This document shows positions 11,106 through 20,772 of a stretch of DNA of 64,000 nucleotides, one piece after another. The stretch spans positions 480,001 to 544,000 of the forward strand of contig OY764216.1 in the NCBI GenBank assembly GCA_963668315.1, in the 5' to 3' direction. The notes under the pieces were generated by a model. That model searched no databases. It had not been told where the DNA came from and saw only the letters and a program-made list of their open reading frames with translations. Positions within the stretch are counted from its first letter, which is position 1. Every line of letters starts with the position of its first letter. The DNA comes from Spirochaetia bacterium (GTDB lineage Bacteria; Spirochaetota; Spirochaetia; DSM-2461). The position numbers and the translations under genes were made by a program.

Positions 11106-12699
11106 GGTATTTCTTCGGAGAGAGCCCCATGGATTTCTTGAAGCTGTGGCTGAAATAGTAGACGTCGTTGTATCCGCACCGCCCCGCGATGTCGACGATT
11201 TTGTCTCCGGTCAGCCGGAGCAGCTCGCAGGCCCGGTCGATGCGGATCTTCGTGAGATATTTGACAAAGGTGGTATCCAGATTTTTACGGAAAAGCAGGC
11301 TCAGATAGGAAACGCTTATCCCCAGTTCCTCGCAGATATCATCCAGGGAGAGGCGGGGATCGGCATACTTCTGCCCGATGATGTGAATCGCCTGATCCAG
11401 AAGCTTCCGGGACCCGGATTTCCTCGTATTGAGGTTCCACTCCCTGAGCTTGAGGGCCGATTTCATGACCCAGTCGTAGACCTGATCAAGAGACCGGAAA
11501 CGGACCAGTTTTTCCAGGACGTCCTCGCCGGTCAGGACATTGAGGTCCACCCCGATAAAGGCGGCATATTTGATGAGGATATCGGCCAGATTCACCGAAA
11601 GCATGCGAAAATTCACCCCTCCCTTGCTGTCTCTGAGCCCCGCCATTTTCATCGATTCCAGAAGATCGCGCACCTCTCCGTCCGTACCGAAGCGGATCGT
11701 CTGCTCCAGGGTTTTGATCTCCCCCTCCGTAAGGGAAAGGACCGAAGGAACCCGGGCCCCCTCCTCCAGCTGATCGATATACACGATCCGCCCGGCGTTC
11801 AAAAAGCGGCTGTGTTCCAGGGCTTTGCAGGACTCCTCGTAAGCCAGATTGAGCTGGCGGAAATTCGTCCTGAGCTGACTGATCCCGATATTGATGTTCA
11901 TGGAGAGAAATTTCTCCGCCAGTTTGACGATTTCGAAAAAAACCGGGTCGATCTCCTTCAGAAAGAGCTTGTTCTTCTGTTCGATGAGGAGAAAAAGCCC
12001 GTCGGAAAAGCGGAATGTCCTGAAGGGGAAACCGTGCCGTCCCAGGGCGGAACCGATCATGGTCCGGAGGGCGTGCTTCATCTTCTCCTCCTCCCTCAAG
12101 TCCCTTCCGGAGCCGTCGTCCTCGATCTGCACCTGGGCCACCAGATAGTTTTTGCCGTCCAGTTCCACACCGCAGGACCGGAGATCCTCACAGGCCTGCT
12201 GCTGCCCTTTCCCTGTGGAGACCAGAAAGGAGGCGAAGCTGTTGTCCAGCAGAAGGGGCAGATTCTCATCGTAGCTCTTCCGCAGTCTTTCCAGGTTGTA
12301 TTTTTCCTTGAACTCCCGGTCCAGCTCACCCTTGAGGCGGACCAGGAATTTGGAGATATCCTCCTGGGTAACCGGCTTCATCAGATAACTGGTCACGTTT
12401 AGCTCGATCGCCTCCCGGGCGTATTCGAATTCGTCGTAACCGGAAATAAAGGCCACTTTCACCGTGGGATAATCCCGGTGGATAAGGGAGGCCAGCTCGA
12501 TGCCGTCGATAAAGGGCATTCTGATATCGGTCAGAACAATGGCGGGAGAGTGCTTTTCGATGAGCTCCAAAGCATCATACCCGTTACCGGCCGTCCCCAC
12601 GATGGTAAAGCCGCTCTCTTCCGATATTTTCGATGAAATGCGGCCCCTGACCTCATCTTCATCATCCACAAGAATTATTTTATATAGATCTTCCGCCAT
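11086..12699 (-). CDS. YesN-like response regulator (REC plus AraC HTH)
   Basis: ILVDDE, TDIRMP, SGYDEFEYA; C-terminal AraC YFSHSFKK; start placed at ATG 12699, 7 nt after TATAAT. Confidence 0.92.
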   Translation of the reverse strand: MAEDLYKIILVDDEDEVRGRISSKISEESGFTIVGTAGNGYDALELIEKHSPAIVLTDIRMPFIDGIELASLIHRDYPTVKVAFISGYDEFEYAREAIELNVTSYLMKPVTQEDISKFLVRLKGELDREFKEKYNLERLRKSYDENLPLLLDNSFASFLVSTGKGQQQACEDLRSCGVELDGKNYLVAQVQIEDDGSGRDLREEEKMKHALRTMIGSALGRHGFPFRTFRFSDGLFLLIEQKNKLFLKEIDPVFFEIVKLAEKFLSMNINIGISQLRTNFRQLNLAYEESCKALEHSRFLNAGRIVYIDQLEEGARVPSVLSLTEGEIKTLEQTIRFGTDGEVRDLLESMKMAGLRDSKGGVNFRMLSVNLADILIKYAAFIGVDLNVLTGEDVLEKLVRFRSLDQVYDWVMKSALKLREWNLNTRKSGSRKLLDQAIHIIGQKYADPRLSLDDICEELGISVSYLSLLFRKNLDTTFVKYLTKIRIDRACELLRLTGDKIVDIAGRCGYNDVYYFSHSFKKSMGLSPKKYREEALS

Positions 12700-12706
12700 G
12701 CTGGGC

Positions 12707-12735
12707 ATTATAAACCGATTCTTTCTTTTTGGCAA
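12707..12735 (-). promoter_or_regulatory. Sigma70 promoter of the response regulator/kinase/binding-protein operon
   Basis: TTGCCA-N17-TATAAT. Confidence 0.65.
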
Positions 12736-12748
12736 AGTCCGTTTTTTC

Positions 12749-12777
12749 TTGACTTAGTACTAATTAGTAATTAAATT
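12749..12777 (+). promoter_or_regulatory. Sigma70 promoter of marR with palindromic operator in the spacer
   Basis: TTGACT-N17-TAAATT; overlapping palindromes TTAGTACTAA (12754-12763) and TACTAATTAGTA (12758-12769). Confidence 0.65.
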
Positions 12778-12783
12778 GAATCC

Positions 12784-13239
12784 ATGAAACGAAAGAACAG
12801 GGATTACGGAAAGGAAAACAACATCAATCTGAGAATAGCCATCGGCATCGAGCGCAACCATTTGAGCAACGACAGGATGATGAACGCCTTTCTCTCTCCC
12901 TACGGAGTGACCCTTCCCCAGTTCAGCGTTATGGAATCTCTTTACCATCTGGGCGATATGAAGATAGGAGAGATTACCAGAAAAACCCTTTCCACCAACG
13001 GCAGTATGACCGTGGTGATAAGGAACATGGAAAAAACGGGACTGGTCAGGAGGGTTACCGCCCCCGATGACAAACGGGCCAGTCTCATAAGTCTGACGGA
13101 AAAGGGAGAGAAACTGATAGAGGATATCTTTCCCCGCCATCTGGAAAATCTGGCCGGTCACTACAGTCGTCTGACCGAAGAGGAGAAGGAGACCCTGATC
13201 TCCCTTCTCAAAAAAATGAGAGGAATAGGAAATGGATAA
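12784..13239 (+). CDS. MarR family transcriptional regulator
   Basis: GVTLPQFSVME, MEKTGLVRR, DDKRASLISLTEKG. Confidence 0.92.
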   Translation: MKRKNRDYGKENNINLRIAIGIERNHLSNDRMMNAFLSPYGVTLPQFSVMESLYHLGDMKIGEITRKTLSTNGSMTVVIRNMEKTGLVRRVTAPDDKRASLISLTEKGEKLIEDIFPRHLENLAGHYSRLTEEEKETLISLLKKMRGIGNG

Positions 13240-13840
13240 TAATATTTTTACAGAGAGAAGAAGCGTGAACTTTTTTGATCCCTCGAAGCAATTGGAAAAG
13301 GCAAAACTCAAGGAGATTATCGATCTGGCGGCCAACGCGCCGTCCGCCTTTAATCTGGAACCTTGGCGCGTCATAGCCGTGGGTTCAGATGAGGGAAAGG
13401 AAAAACTTTTTCAAAAGGCCAATAATCAGCCTAAGGTGAAGCAGGCTCCCTACAATCTTATCATTATCGGAGACAGAAACGGCTACGGCCCGCAGAATCC
13501 CGCCTGGAAGGAACTGGAAGGGCTTGTAGGAGTGGAATCGACCAAAGGGGCCATGGATGCGGCCGCCTTCCTTTACGGTTCCTCGGAGGAGAGAAAGATC
13601 AAATTCGCCGAAAGCAATGCGGGGCTTCTGGCCATGAGCATCATGTATGCCGCCCAATCCAGGGGAGTACATACCCATGCCATGAGCGGACTGGATTTCG
13701 AAGGCATTAAAAGAGAATTCCGACTCGGCGAGAGCGAAGAGGTCGTCATGGTAATCGCCGTGGGCTACCGCAGCGAGGAAACCGGGCTTTATCCCCGCCG
13801 GAGCCGCAAAGGATACGAGACCCTCGTCGAGGAAGCCTGA
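13232..13840 (+). CDS. Nitroreductase family protein
   Basis: RRSVNFFD, APSAFNLEPW, IAVGY, PRRSR. Confidence 0.92.
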   Translation: MDNNIFTERRSVNFFDPSKQLEKAKLKEIIDLAANAPSAFNLEPWRVIAVGSDEGKEKLFQKANNQPKVKQAPYNLIIIGDRNGYGPQNPAWKELEGLVGVESTKGAMDAAAFLYGSSEERKIKFAESNAGLLAMSIMYAAQSRGVHTHAMSGLDFEGIKREFRLGESEEVVMVIAVGYRSEETGLYPRRSRKGYETLVEEA

Positions 13841-13844
13841 CCTT

Positions 13845-15032
13845 CTACTTCTCCGCCCTTGCCAGAAAAAGGCAGATGAGGAGCAGGAGAAAAATCGTCA
13901 TCATATAGGGGGATATGACCTCCAGCCCGAACACCCGGGCCAGCACTCCGGCCAGGGACGGAACGGCGGCGCCCCCTATTCCTGACGCGGAGATCTGCAT
14001 GCCGATGGTATTGGCCACATGCTTCCGGCCGACCCGTTTTTCCGTATCGGACATAAGGGCGGGGAAAATGGGCGCGATGGCAAAACCGACGAGCCCAATG
14101 CCCGCCACCGATCCGACGACTCCCCTGAAAAGGGTAAGGATGACCGTCCCGGTTAAGGCGAGTCCTATGCTGAAGTAGAGCAGATTGCGGGGCGTAAGCT
14201 TGCGGGTATACCATCCGGCGGTGAATCGCCCCAGGGTGAACATGCCCCAGTAACTGCTTGTGACGAATCCGGCAACGGCCGGATCCACGCCGCGCGAACC
14301 GGTCAGGAGGGAGTAAACCCAAAGCCCCAGGCCTATCTCGGCCCCTACATAGAGAAAAAACAGAACCATGCTCAGCCAGGCTCCGGCCACCTTGAGTGTC
14401 TCCCCCATGGACGCGTCGCTTCCGGCGGAAGCCTCTTCCTCCGCGGCCGTCTCACCGGCGTCCTGTCTCTCCCAGAGATTGCGGGTCAGGAAAAAGAGAA
14501 GCGCCATGACGGCCTGGAATCCGCACACGGTCAGATAACCGATCCGCCATCGGCCGGTCAGCTGAATCCCCATGGTCATTATGATAGGTCCGGCCGTAAT
14601 GCCGATTCCGAAGCTGGCGTGCAGCCACTGCATCAGCCTTTCGGAATAGTGCTTCTCCACATAATTGTTCACCCCCGCATCGATGGCTCCCGCGCCCAGC
14701 CCGCCTACCGTGGCGGCACCGACGAAAAGGGGCCACCACCGGGTTAGGCCGTAGGTGAGCTCCGCCAGGGACGTCAGGGTGCAGCTCAAAGCCAGAAGCC
14801 CGCCTACTCCCAGAAGGCGCACGGTCACTCCGCTGAAGAATCCGCTCAGAGAATACCCCACGGTTCCGCATATCATGACAAGGGCGATGGCGTCGATGGG
14901 CAGGCCGAAAGTCTCCCGGATCCCCGGCCAGGCGACGCCGTGGAGTCCGTCGGGCAGTCCTAGTGAGATAAAGGCGATATAGGAGAGGATGAGCAGAAAA
15001 AGTCCTCTTTTTACTGTTCGTGTGTTTTCCAT
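13845..15032 (-). CDS. MFS transporter
   Basis: About 12 TM segments; FISLGLPDGLHGVAWP, GAGAIDAG, WLHASFGIG. Confidence 0.88.
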   Translation of the reverse strand: MENTRTVKRGLFLLILSYIAFISLGLPDGLHGVAWPGIRETFGLPIDAIALVMICGTVGYSLSGFFSGVTVRLLGVGGLLALSCTLTSLAELTYGLTRWWPLFVGAATVGGLGAGAIDAGVNNYVEKHYSERLMQWLHASFGIGITAGPIIMTMGIQLTGRWRIGYLTVCGFQAVMALLFFLTRNLWERQDAGETAAEEEASAGSDASMGETLKVAGAWLSMVLFFLYVGAEIGLGLWVYSLLTGSRGVDPAVAGFVTSSYWGMFTLGRFTAGWYTRKLTPRNLLYFSIGLALTGTVILTLFRGVVGSVAGIGLVGFAIAPIFPALMSDTEKRVGRKHVANTIGMQISASGIGGAAVPSLAGVLARVFGLEVISPYMMTIFLLLLICLFLARAEK

Positions 15033-15601
15033 AGGCACTCGCTTAAGTTCATGTGAGAGAATAGGGCGGTGAAACGGGAATCCAGCGGACTGCAGGCGTA
15101 AACACCGATGCGAGCCGCTTTAACCGGCTCATGAAAATGGAAGATGCGCATTTGATGGAATTCCTCCCCGTCGGAAGAGTTCTCGATAAGAAAATCCTGT
15201 CCCCGCCGGGAAAGGCGGTACCACATTTCGCCCGAGGACGCATCTATATCGGTCGAGGCCCAGTCGGAGTATCCCCCGTTGGTCACCACGCTGCCCAACT
15301 TGGAGACCCGGGGAGATTCATACTCGATGGAACCTTTACACCAGGTGTCGCTGTTCTGATAGACAACGACACCGCACTGGTCGAACAGGCGGGACGAATC
15401 GAAGGAGGTTTTAACGGTAAAGGAAAAGTTCCCCTCCCGTTCGAAATAGCATACGGACCCGTTATCGTTTCGAAAACCGTAATAGGTCCGCTGCCAGAAA
15501 TCTGTCTCCGGATCGGTGACGAGGCGGAGAACCCCGTCGGCCAGGTCCCATTCGGAAGGTTCGTTCAGCCATTGCAATTCATCAAATCTGATCTCTTTCA
15601 T
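15011..15601 (-). CDS. DUF1349 (ConA-like) protein
   Basis: WLNEP, TDFWQRTYYGFRNDN, GSVVTNGGYSDW, GVYACSP. Confidence 0.88.
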   Translation of the reverse strand: MKEIRFDELQWLNEPSEWDLADGVLRLVTDPETDFWQRTYYGFRNDNGSVCYFEREGNFSFTVKTSFDSSRLFDQCGVVVYQNSDTWCKGSIEYESPRVSKLGSVVTNGGYSDWASTDIDASSGEMWYRLSRRGQDFLIENSSDGEEFHQMRIFHFHEPVKAARIGVYACSPLDSRFTALFSHMNLSECLWKTHEQ

Positions 15602-15654
15602 CCCGCCATTCTACTACCCCTTGGCAGGGATGGCCAGAAAAAAAGAGACAAATG

Positions 15655-16965
15655 TTAATCTTTAAGCTTGAACGCCACCTTCAGATCTTCTATTACCTCT
15701 TCCTCCATCACCCGGACATTACCCAGCTGATAGGCACCCAGAACCGCCTGGGCCGTATAATCGGCCACCTCCAGCCTGTCGAAAGCCTTGAGAAGAGAAT
15801 CAGCCGTCACGATAAATCCGTTGTTCTGGATCATGAGGAGGGGATTCGCCTCGGTAAGCTTTTCGACAACCAGGTCATGGTCATCGATGGGAGCGACAAA
15901 GGGCAGAGTCTGCAAATCCCTCATCAGGATATAGGCTTCCGGTATGATGCGGGAATTCAACAGTGTCTCGGTCACGTTGAAAGCCATCAGGTTGGCCGAA
16001 TGGGCGATCAGGATGGCATTGATCTCGGGACGCTTGTTGAAGATGTCCCTGTGAAGCATGACCGAACGGCTGGGCAGCTTGTCCGCCTCCCTCATGCCCT
16101 TGCGTATCAGGACTATATCCTTGGGTTCCAGATATCTCCTGTCGTATCCGTAGGGGGTGATGAGGAACTCGTCATCGGCCAGTCTGACGGCGAAGGTACC
16201 CTCGGTACTGGTAAAAAGCCGCTGATCGTAACTGCGGTGGATAAGCTCGCACATCTCCCGGCGAAGGGCCTTCTCCCGGCTTCCCGGGGCGGAGGGGATG
16301 AACTCATCCAGCTCGTTGCTCTTGTTGTGGGTCGATTTCAGCTCTTCCTCGGTTATTTTCCGCGGTTCTCCCAGAATACGGGCCTTGATCTGAATCCGGG
16401 CGGTGAAATCCAGGGTTTCGAACTGCATGAAGGCCTGAAAAAGATCCTCCGCGGCGGTAACCGTTCCGTGGTTCTCCAGAATAACCATATTTTTCCCTGC
16501 GGCGAAGGACTTGGCGATCTTCTCACCCAGTTCCTCACTGCCGGGAAGGGCGTAGGGGACGAACTCCACCTCGCCGCAGATCCGCCGCGTGTTGGGGAGG
16601 ATATCCGTGCGGGGACAAACTCCGGCGGCGGAGAAAGCGACAAGGGCCGGCGGATGGGCGTGAAGAACCGCTTTGACATCCGGCCTGGCCTCGTAAATCG
16701 CTCTATGAAAAGGGAATTCCGAAGAGGGGGCGTGCTTCCCGTGGATTTCTCCGTCCGGGGTGACCCAGACAATATCGTCGCGGGTCAGGTTTCCCTTGTC
16801 TATACCGCCGGGAGTAATCCAGATAACACCCTCTTCATCCATAACAGAGATGTTTCCTCCCGAAGTGGTGGTCATCTCGTTCTCATAAACCCGCTGCATA
16901 ATCATGACCAGCTGATCCATAGGATGGAGAAATCGGAATTTACTATCGTTATACTTATAATTCAT
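15655..16965 (-). CDS. Tandem two-domain class II aldolase/adducin family protein
   Basis: Domain 1: TTSGGNIS, PSSEFPFH, HAHP, ENHG. Domain 2: STEGTF, PSRSVMLH, AHS, QNNG. Confidence 0.88.
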   Translation of the reverse strand: MNYKYNDSKFRFLHPMDQLVMIMQRVYENEMTTTSGGNISVMDEEGVIWITPGGIDKGNLTRDDIVWVTPDGEIHGKHAPSSEFPFHRAIYEARPDVKAVLHAHPPALVAFSAAGVCPRTDILPNTRRICGEVEFVPYALPGSEELGEKIAKSFAAGKNMVILENHGTVTAAEDLFQAFMQFETLDFTARIQIKARILGEPRKITEEELKSTHNKSNELDEFIPSAPGSREKALRREMCELIHRSYDQRLFTSTEGTFAVRLADDEFLITPYGYDRRYLEPKDIVLIRKGMREADKLPSRSVMLHRDIFNKRPEINAILIAHSANLMAFNVTETLLNSRIIPEAYILMRDLQTLPFVAPIDDHDLVVEKLTEANPLLMIQNNGFIVTADSLLKAFDRLEVADYTAQAVLGAYQLGNVRVMEEEVIEDLKVAFKLKD

Positions 16966-17190
16966 GACATACTCCTTTACCGGCTTAGCCTCGTCCTTCC
17001 TCCCCGTGACGGGAGGGGGGCAACCGATTATAATTCTAAGGGAGAATCGGCCTGACTGCCATAAACTTCCCGAAAAAAGTCAAAAGCCTCTCTCTATTAT
17101 CGAGATTATTTTATCTATTTTAACTTATTTACACAATTACTAATCGGTCAATTTTTAGCACAATACTCCCAAAATCCGGGAATCGCCGAA

Positions 17191-18027
17191 TCAGCCCCCG
17201 ATGCCGATCAGAGCCGCTCCGGCGATGGCGAGAACCAGTCCGGTGATACGGGAGAGATTCAGCCTTTCCTTGAGAACAAGCCACTGGAAGAAAACGGTAG
17301 GCCCCGGATACAGGGCGGTAAGAATCACAGCCAGGATCAGGTAGCCGGAACGGGCCGCGAGCAGGTAGAAGATATTGGCCATCATATCAAGAAAGCCGCT
17401 GGCCAGGGTAATTTTTACCGTTCCTCCGGCGGGAATCATCGCTCTCCTGCCGAAAAGAAGTATCAGAAAATACAGGGGAACCGTAATACCCCGGGCGGCC
17501 AGCAGAGGCCACATGCCGGAATCATCTCCGGTCTGGGCGATAAGAATGAAAAATCCCCCGAAAGCCGTTCCCGCCAGAAAGCCCAGACGCAGGGATTTGA
17601 AAACGGAGCTTTTCTCACCGCCCTTTTCCATGGAAAGAAGAAGAATGGCCGGCAGAGCCAGGGCGACCCCCATCCAGGTCAGCAGCGAAGGACGTTCTCC
17701 GGCGAGAAGCCCGTAGACGACGGGAAGAACAGCTCCCGTCAGGGCCGCCGTGGGTGAAACAACCGAAGCCAGCCCCGTGGAGAGCCCTCTGAACAGGAGC
17801 CCTACCCCCATGCTTCCCACCAGACCGGCCGCCATACCCCAGAGGATATCCACCGGGGGCACCGATACGGCCCCGATAAGAGGAGCGGCTATCAAAGCCG
17901 TGAGAAGACCGGCGACCTGGGACCAGGCAACCGTGGTAAGGGGGGAGTTTTTCCGTGATGAAAGCCCCCCCATGAAATCGGAGATACCATAGGAGCAGGC
18001 GGACAGCAAAGCGTAGATGATAACCAT
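17191..18027 (-). CDS. DMT/EamA family transporter
   Basis: About 10 TM segments; YGISDFMGG, LYPGPTV...VLKERL. Confidence 0.85.
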   Translation of the reverse strand: MVIIYALLSACSYGISDFMGGLSSRKNSPLTTVAWSQVAGLLTALIAAPLIGAVSVPPVDILWGMAAGLVGSMGVGLLFRGLSTGLASVVSPTAALTGAVLPVVYGLLAGERPSLLTWMGVALALPAILLLSMEKGGEKSSVFKSLRLGFLAGTAFGGFFILIAQTGDDSGMWPLLAARGITVPLYFLILLFGRRAMIPAGGTVKITLASGFLDMMANIFYLLAARSGYLILAVILTALYPGPTVFFQWLVLKERLNLSRITGLVLAIAGAALIGIGG

Positions 18028-18117
18028 GGCTCATCCTAATCCTTTTCCCTGTTTTGTAGAAGTAACCTACTTGCCCCCCCTGACGGAACCGGCTTTTTAC
18101 CCTATAATACGTTTCCA

Positions 18118-18666
18118 GTGATGAAAGTAGACGTTTTTAAAAAAGATATCATTCCCCACTACAGCTGGCAGACCGGCGAAATCTTCCGGGACGACTGGGG
18201 AGTCGTCTGTTTCAATCACGGTCCCCGCACCCTGGAACACCACACGAGAAAAGCCGTCTTCACCTTCCAGACCGACGTCATGGAATTTTACTGGTTCGAT
18301 AAGCCCTACAGCCTGCACGTCGCCCTGGACCGGGAGACGGAAGAACTTCACTACTACGCCAACATCCACGACTACCCTGAAATCGGCGAAGAGCGCATCT
18401 CCTTTGTGGACTACGATCTGGATGTGGTACGGGAGGACGAGGGGCCGACGGAAATCATCGACCAGGACGAATTCATCATCCATGCCGATCTTTACGGCTA
18501 CTCCCGGGAAGTTAGGAAAATGGTTCCCGAAGCGGCGGACGAAATGAAACGGCTCGTCAGCGAATCACCCCTGTTCCAGAAAGAGATGCTCCTGAAAACC
18601 TTCTCCCGGATTGAAGAAGGAGAACGGGCATTCCTCTCCCGCTGGACCGCCCTTAAGTCGGCCTAG
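18118..18666 (+). CDS. DUF402 family nucleoside di/triphosphatase-like protein
   Basis: HYSW, YYANI, FVDYDLDV, IDQDEF. Confidence 0.8.
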   Translation: MMKVDVFKKDIIPHYSWQTGEIFRDDWGVVCFNHGPRTLEHHTRKAVFTFQTDVMEFYWFDKPYSLHVALDRETEELHYYANIHDYPEIGEERISFVDYDLDVVREDEGPTEIIDQDEFIIHADLYGYSREVRKMVPEAADEMKRLVSESPLFQKEMLLKTFSRIEEGERAFLSRWTALKSA

Positions 18667-18697
18667 ACCGAAGCCAGGGCGGCGTTTGTTATCCTTC

Positions 18698-19975
18698 TCA
18701 GTCGGCGTTCCGATAGAGACGTAAGCCCGCAGGAGTTATAGCAATAGATGGTATATTGGCAAAGATATTACCAATCTGCATGATACTGCTACTATCACAC
18801 CAACTCCCGCCAAGAAGCAGCCGGTTTGTCCCTTGATCACTATATACGGTTTCCCAGTCAAAATTCCACTCGTGAACATTTCCGCTCATATCGTAACAGC
18901 CCAGGGCATTGGCAGCCTTGCTTTTTACCGCGGCGGTAGAACTGCCGGAATTCGAGTCGTATACGGCGACATTGCCCAGTACGGCGGCATCATCAAAGTC
19001 CGCCGCCGCTCCGCTGGCGTAACTCCCGGGGGTCCAGCTGCTGCCGTCAATATAACGGGCGGCACACTCCCATTCGTACATTGCGGGAAGGCGGAAGCCG
19101 GTGCCGTCGGGGTTCACATAGGGATCGTCCTGGGAGCCGTCATTATCTCCCGTACCCTCTTCCCAGGTTATCGCAGTGGAATTTGTCGCAGTTCTGATAG
19201 GTGTTGCATAACCGGAATCACTGGTATATACACAGGTGAAGCTGTCGGAATTATGGGCATTATAATACTCGGTCAAGGCGTTGCAGAACAGGACGGCATC
19301 TCGCCAGTTGATGGTTGTTACCGGCTCCTGGCTGTCCGTATCGGTTCCCGCCGTGCCGTCATTCCCGGGAATCCCCGTATTGGCGAAGCTGTATCCGTTG
19401 TCAACAGCCCAGGTATATACGGTGTACCACAATTCATAGGTTACCTCCGTTTCACCTATCCAGAAGGCATCGCTGATAATCTCACTACCGGAATCATCGA
19501 TACCCGTGGGGAAGGTGCCTCCCGGGCAGTACTGCATGTTAAGAGTAGCCGAACCTATGGAATAACTGCGGATACTCCCTTTGAAAGTTCCGGCGATGGA
19601 AACGGTAATCCTATAATTCGCGGAGGAACCGTCCTCAGCCGTAACGCAGTAGGTCACATCATCGGAAAAATTATTGGCCGTGAATCCGCTCGTCTGGGTT
19701 GCTCCGCCTACAGAGACACTCGAACCGGTGGTGGTAAAAGTCGCCACCAGGGCGGTCACATCGGTTCCGTAAGGCACAGTAGCTGTGATATTCGTGCCGT
19801 CCATGATTACGGAAACATCAGAATCCAGGGCCGCGTTGGCTTCGGAGGTAAAACCGAAGGAGGTCAGGGCTTTTTCGCTGCTCCGGCTGCTTGAAGGATC
19901 GGAACAGCCGGCCAGAGAAAGCGAAAGAATTATTGCGAGAGTTAAAAAACGTGTTTTTGATAATTTAATTTTCAT
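18698..19975 (-). CDS. FGE-sulfatase (C-type lectin fold) lipoprotein with an N-terminal Ig-like stalk
   Basis: Lipobox LAGC; TVPYGTDVTALVATF...VTAEDGS Ig module; ETEVTYELW, GFRLP..EWE, ANALGCYDMSGNV.EW, GLRLYR. Confidence 0.9.
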   Translation of the reverse strand: MKIKLSKTRFLTLAIILSLSLAGCSDPSSSRSSEKALTSFGFTSEANAALDSDVSVIMDGTNITATVPYGTDVTALVATFTTTGSSVSVGGATQTSGFTANNFSDDVTYCVTAEDGSSANYRITVSIAGTFKGSIRSYSIGSATLNMQYCPGGTFPTGIDDSGSEIISDAFWIGETEVTYELWYTVYTWAVDNGYSFANTGIPGNDGTAGTDTDSQEPVTTINWRDAVLFCNALTEYYNAHNSDSFTCVYTSDSGYATPIRTATNSTAITWEEGTGDNDGSQDDPYVNPDGTGFRLPAMYEWECAARYIDGSSWTPGSYASGAAADFDDAAVLGNVAVYDSNSGSSTAAVKSKAANALGCYDMSGNVHEWNFDWETVYSDQGTNRLLLGGSWCDSSSIMQIGNIFANIPSIAITPAGLRLYRNAD

Positions 19976-20772
19976 GAATGATCTCAATTATACCTTACTC
20001 AGTCGGCCGACCGGCAGAGTCTGAACCCCGAAGAGGAGTCTACAAAATACGGATGATCATAATTTACTTCTCCTACACCTAAATAAACAGCTCTGTTGTT
20101 CCAGCAGCCGCTGCGCTGGATTCGATAAATACCTACTCGATCTGAAGTCCATTCATAATTCCATTCCCACACGTTTCCGCTCATATCGTAGCAGCCCAGG
20201 GCATTGGGATCTTTACTCTTCACGGCAGCTATGGTATCCCCGCTTGTTTCGTCGTAGACGGCAACGGCGGCTGTTTCCGTCAAATGATCTCTATCCGCCG
20301 ATGCTCCGCTGGCGTAATTCCCGGGTGTCCAGCTTTCCCCATCGATATACCGGGCGGCGCATTCCCATTCATAACTGCCGGGAATCCGAAATCCGGTGGC
20401 GTCGGGATTCACATAGGGATCGTCCTGGGTTCCGTCATTATCTCCCGTGCCCTCTTCCCAGGTCACGGTGGTTGAATCGGTACTGGTTCTGATGGGGGTA
20501 GCGTAACCGGAATCACCGGCATAAACACAGGTCAGGTTGCCGGAATTATGGGCGTTATAGTATTCAGTCAAGGCATTGCAGAAAACCATTGAATCCCGCC
20601 AGCTAATATTCGTGACCGGTTCCTGACTATCCGTTTCGGTCCCGTCGGTGCCGTCATTCCCGGGAATCCCCGTATTGGCAAAGCTGTATCCGTTGTCAAC
20701 AGCCCAGGTATATACGGTGTACCACAATTCATAGGTTACTTCCGTTTCACCTATCCAGAAGGCATCGCTGAT
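19353..20772. repeat. 125-bp near-identical direct repeat shared by the two FGE genes (19353-19477 and 20648-20772)
   Basis: Manual comparison found 2 mismatches; homology continues at lower identity across the FGE core. Confidence 0.85.
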
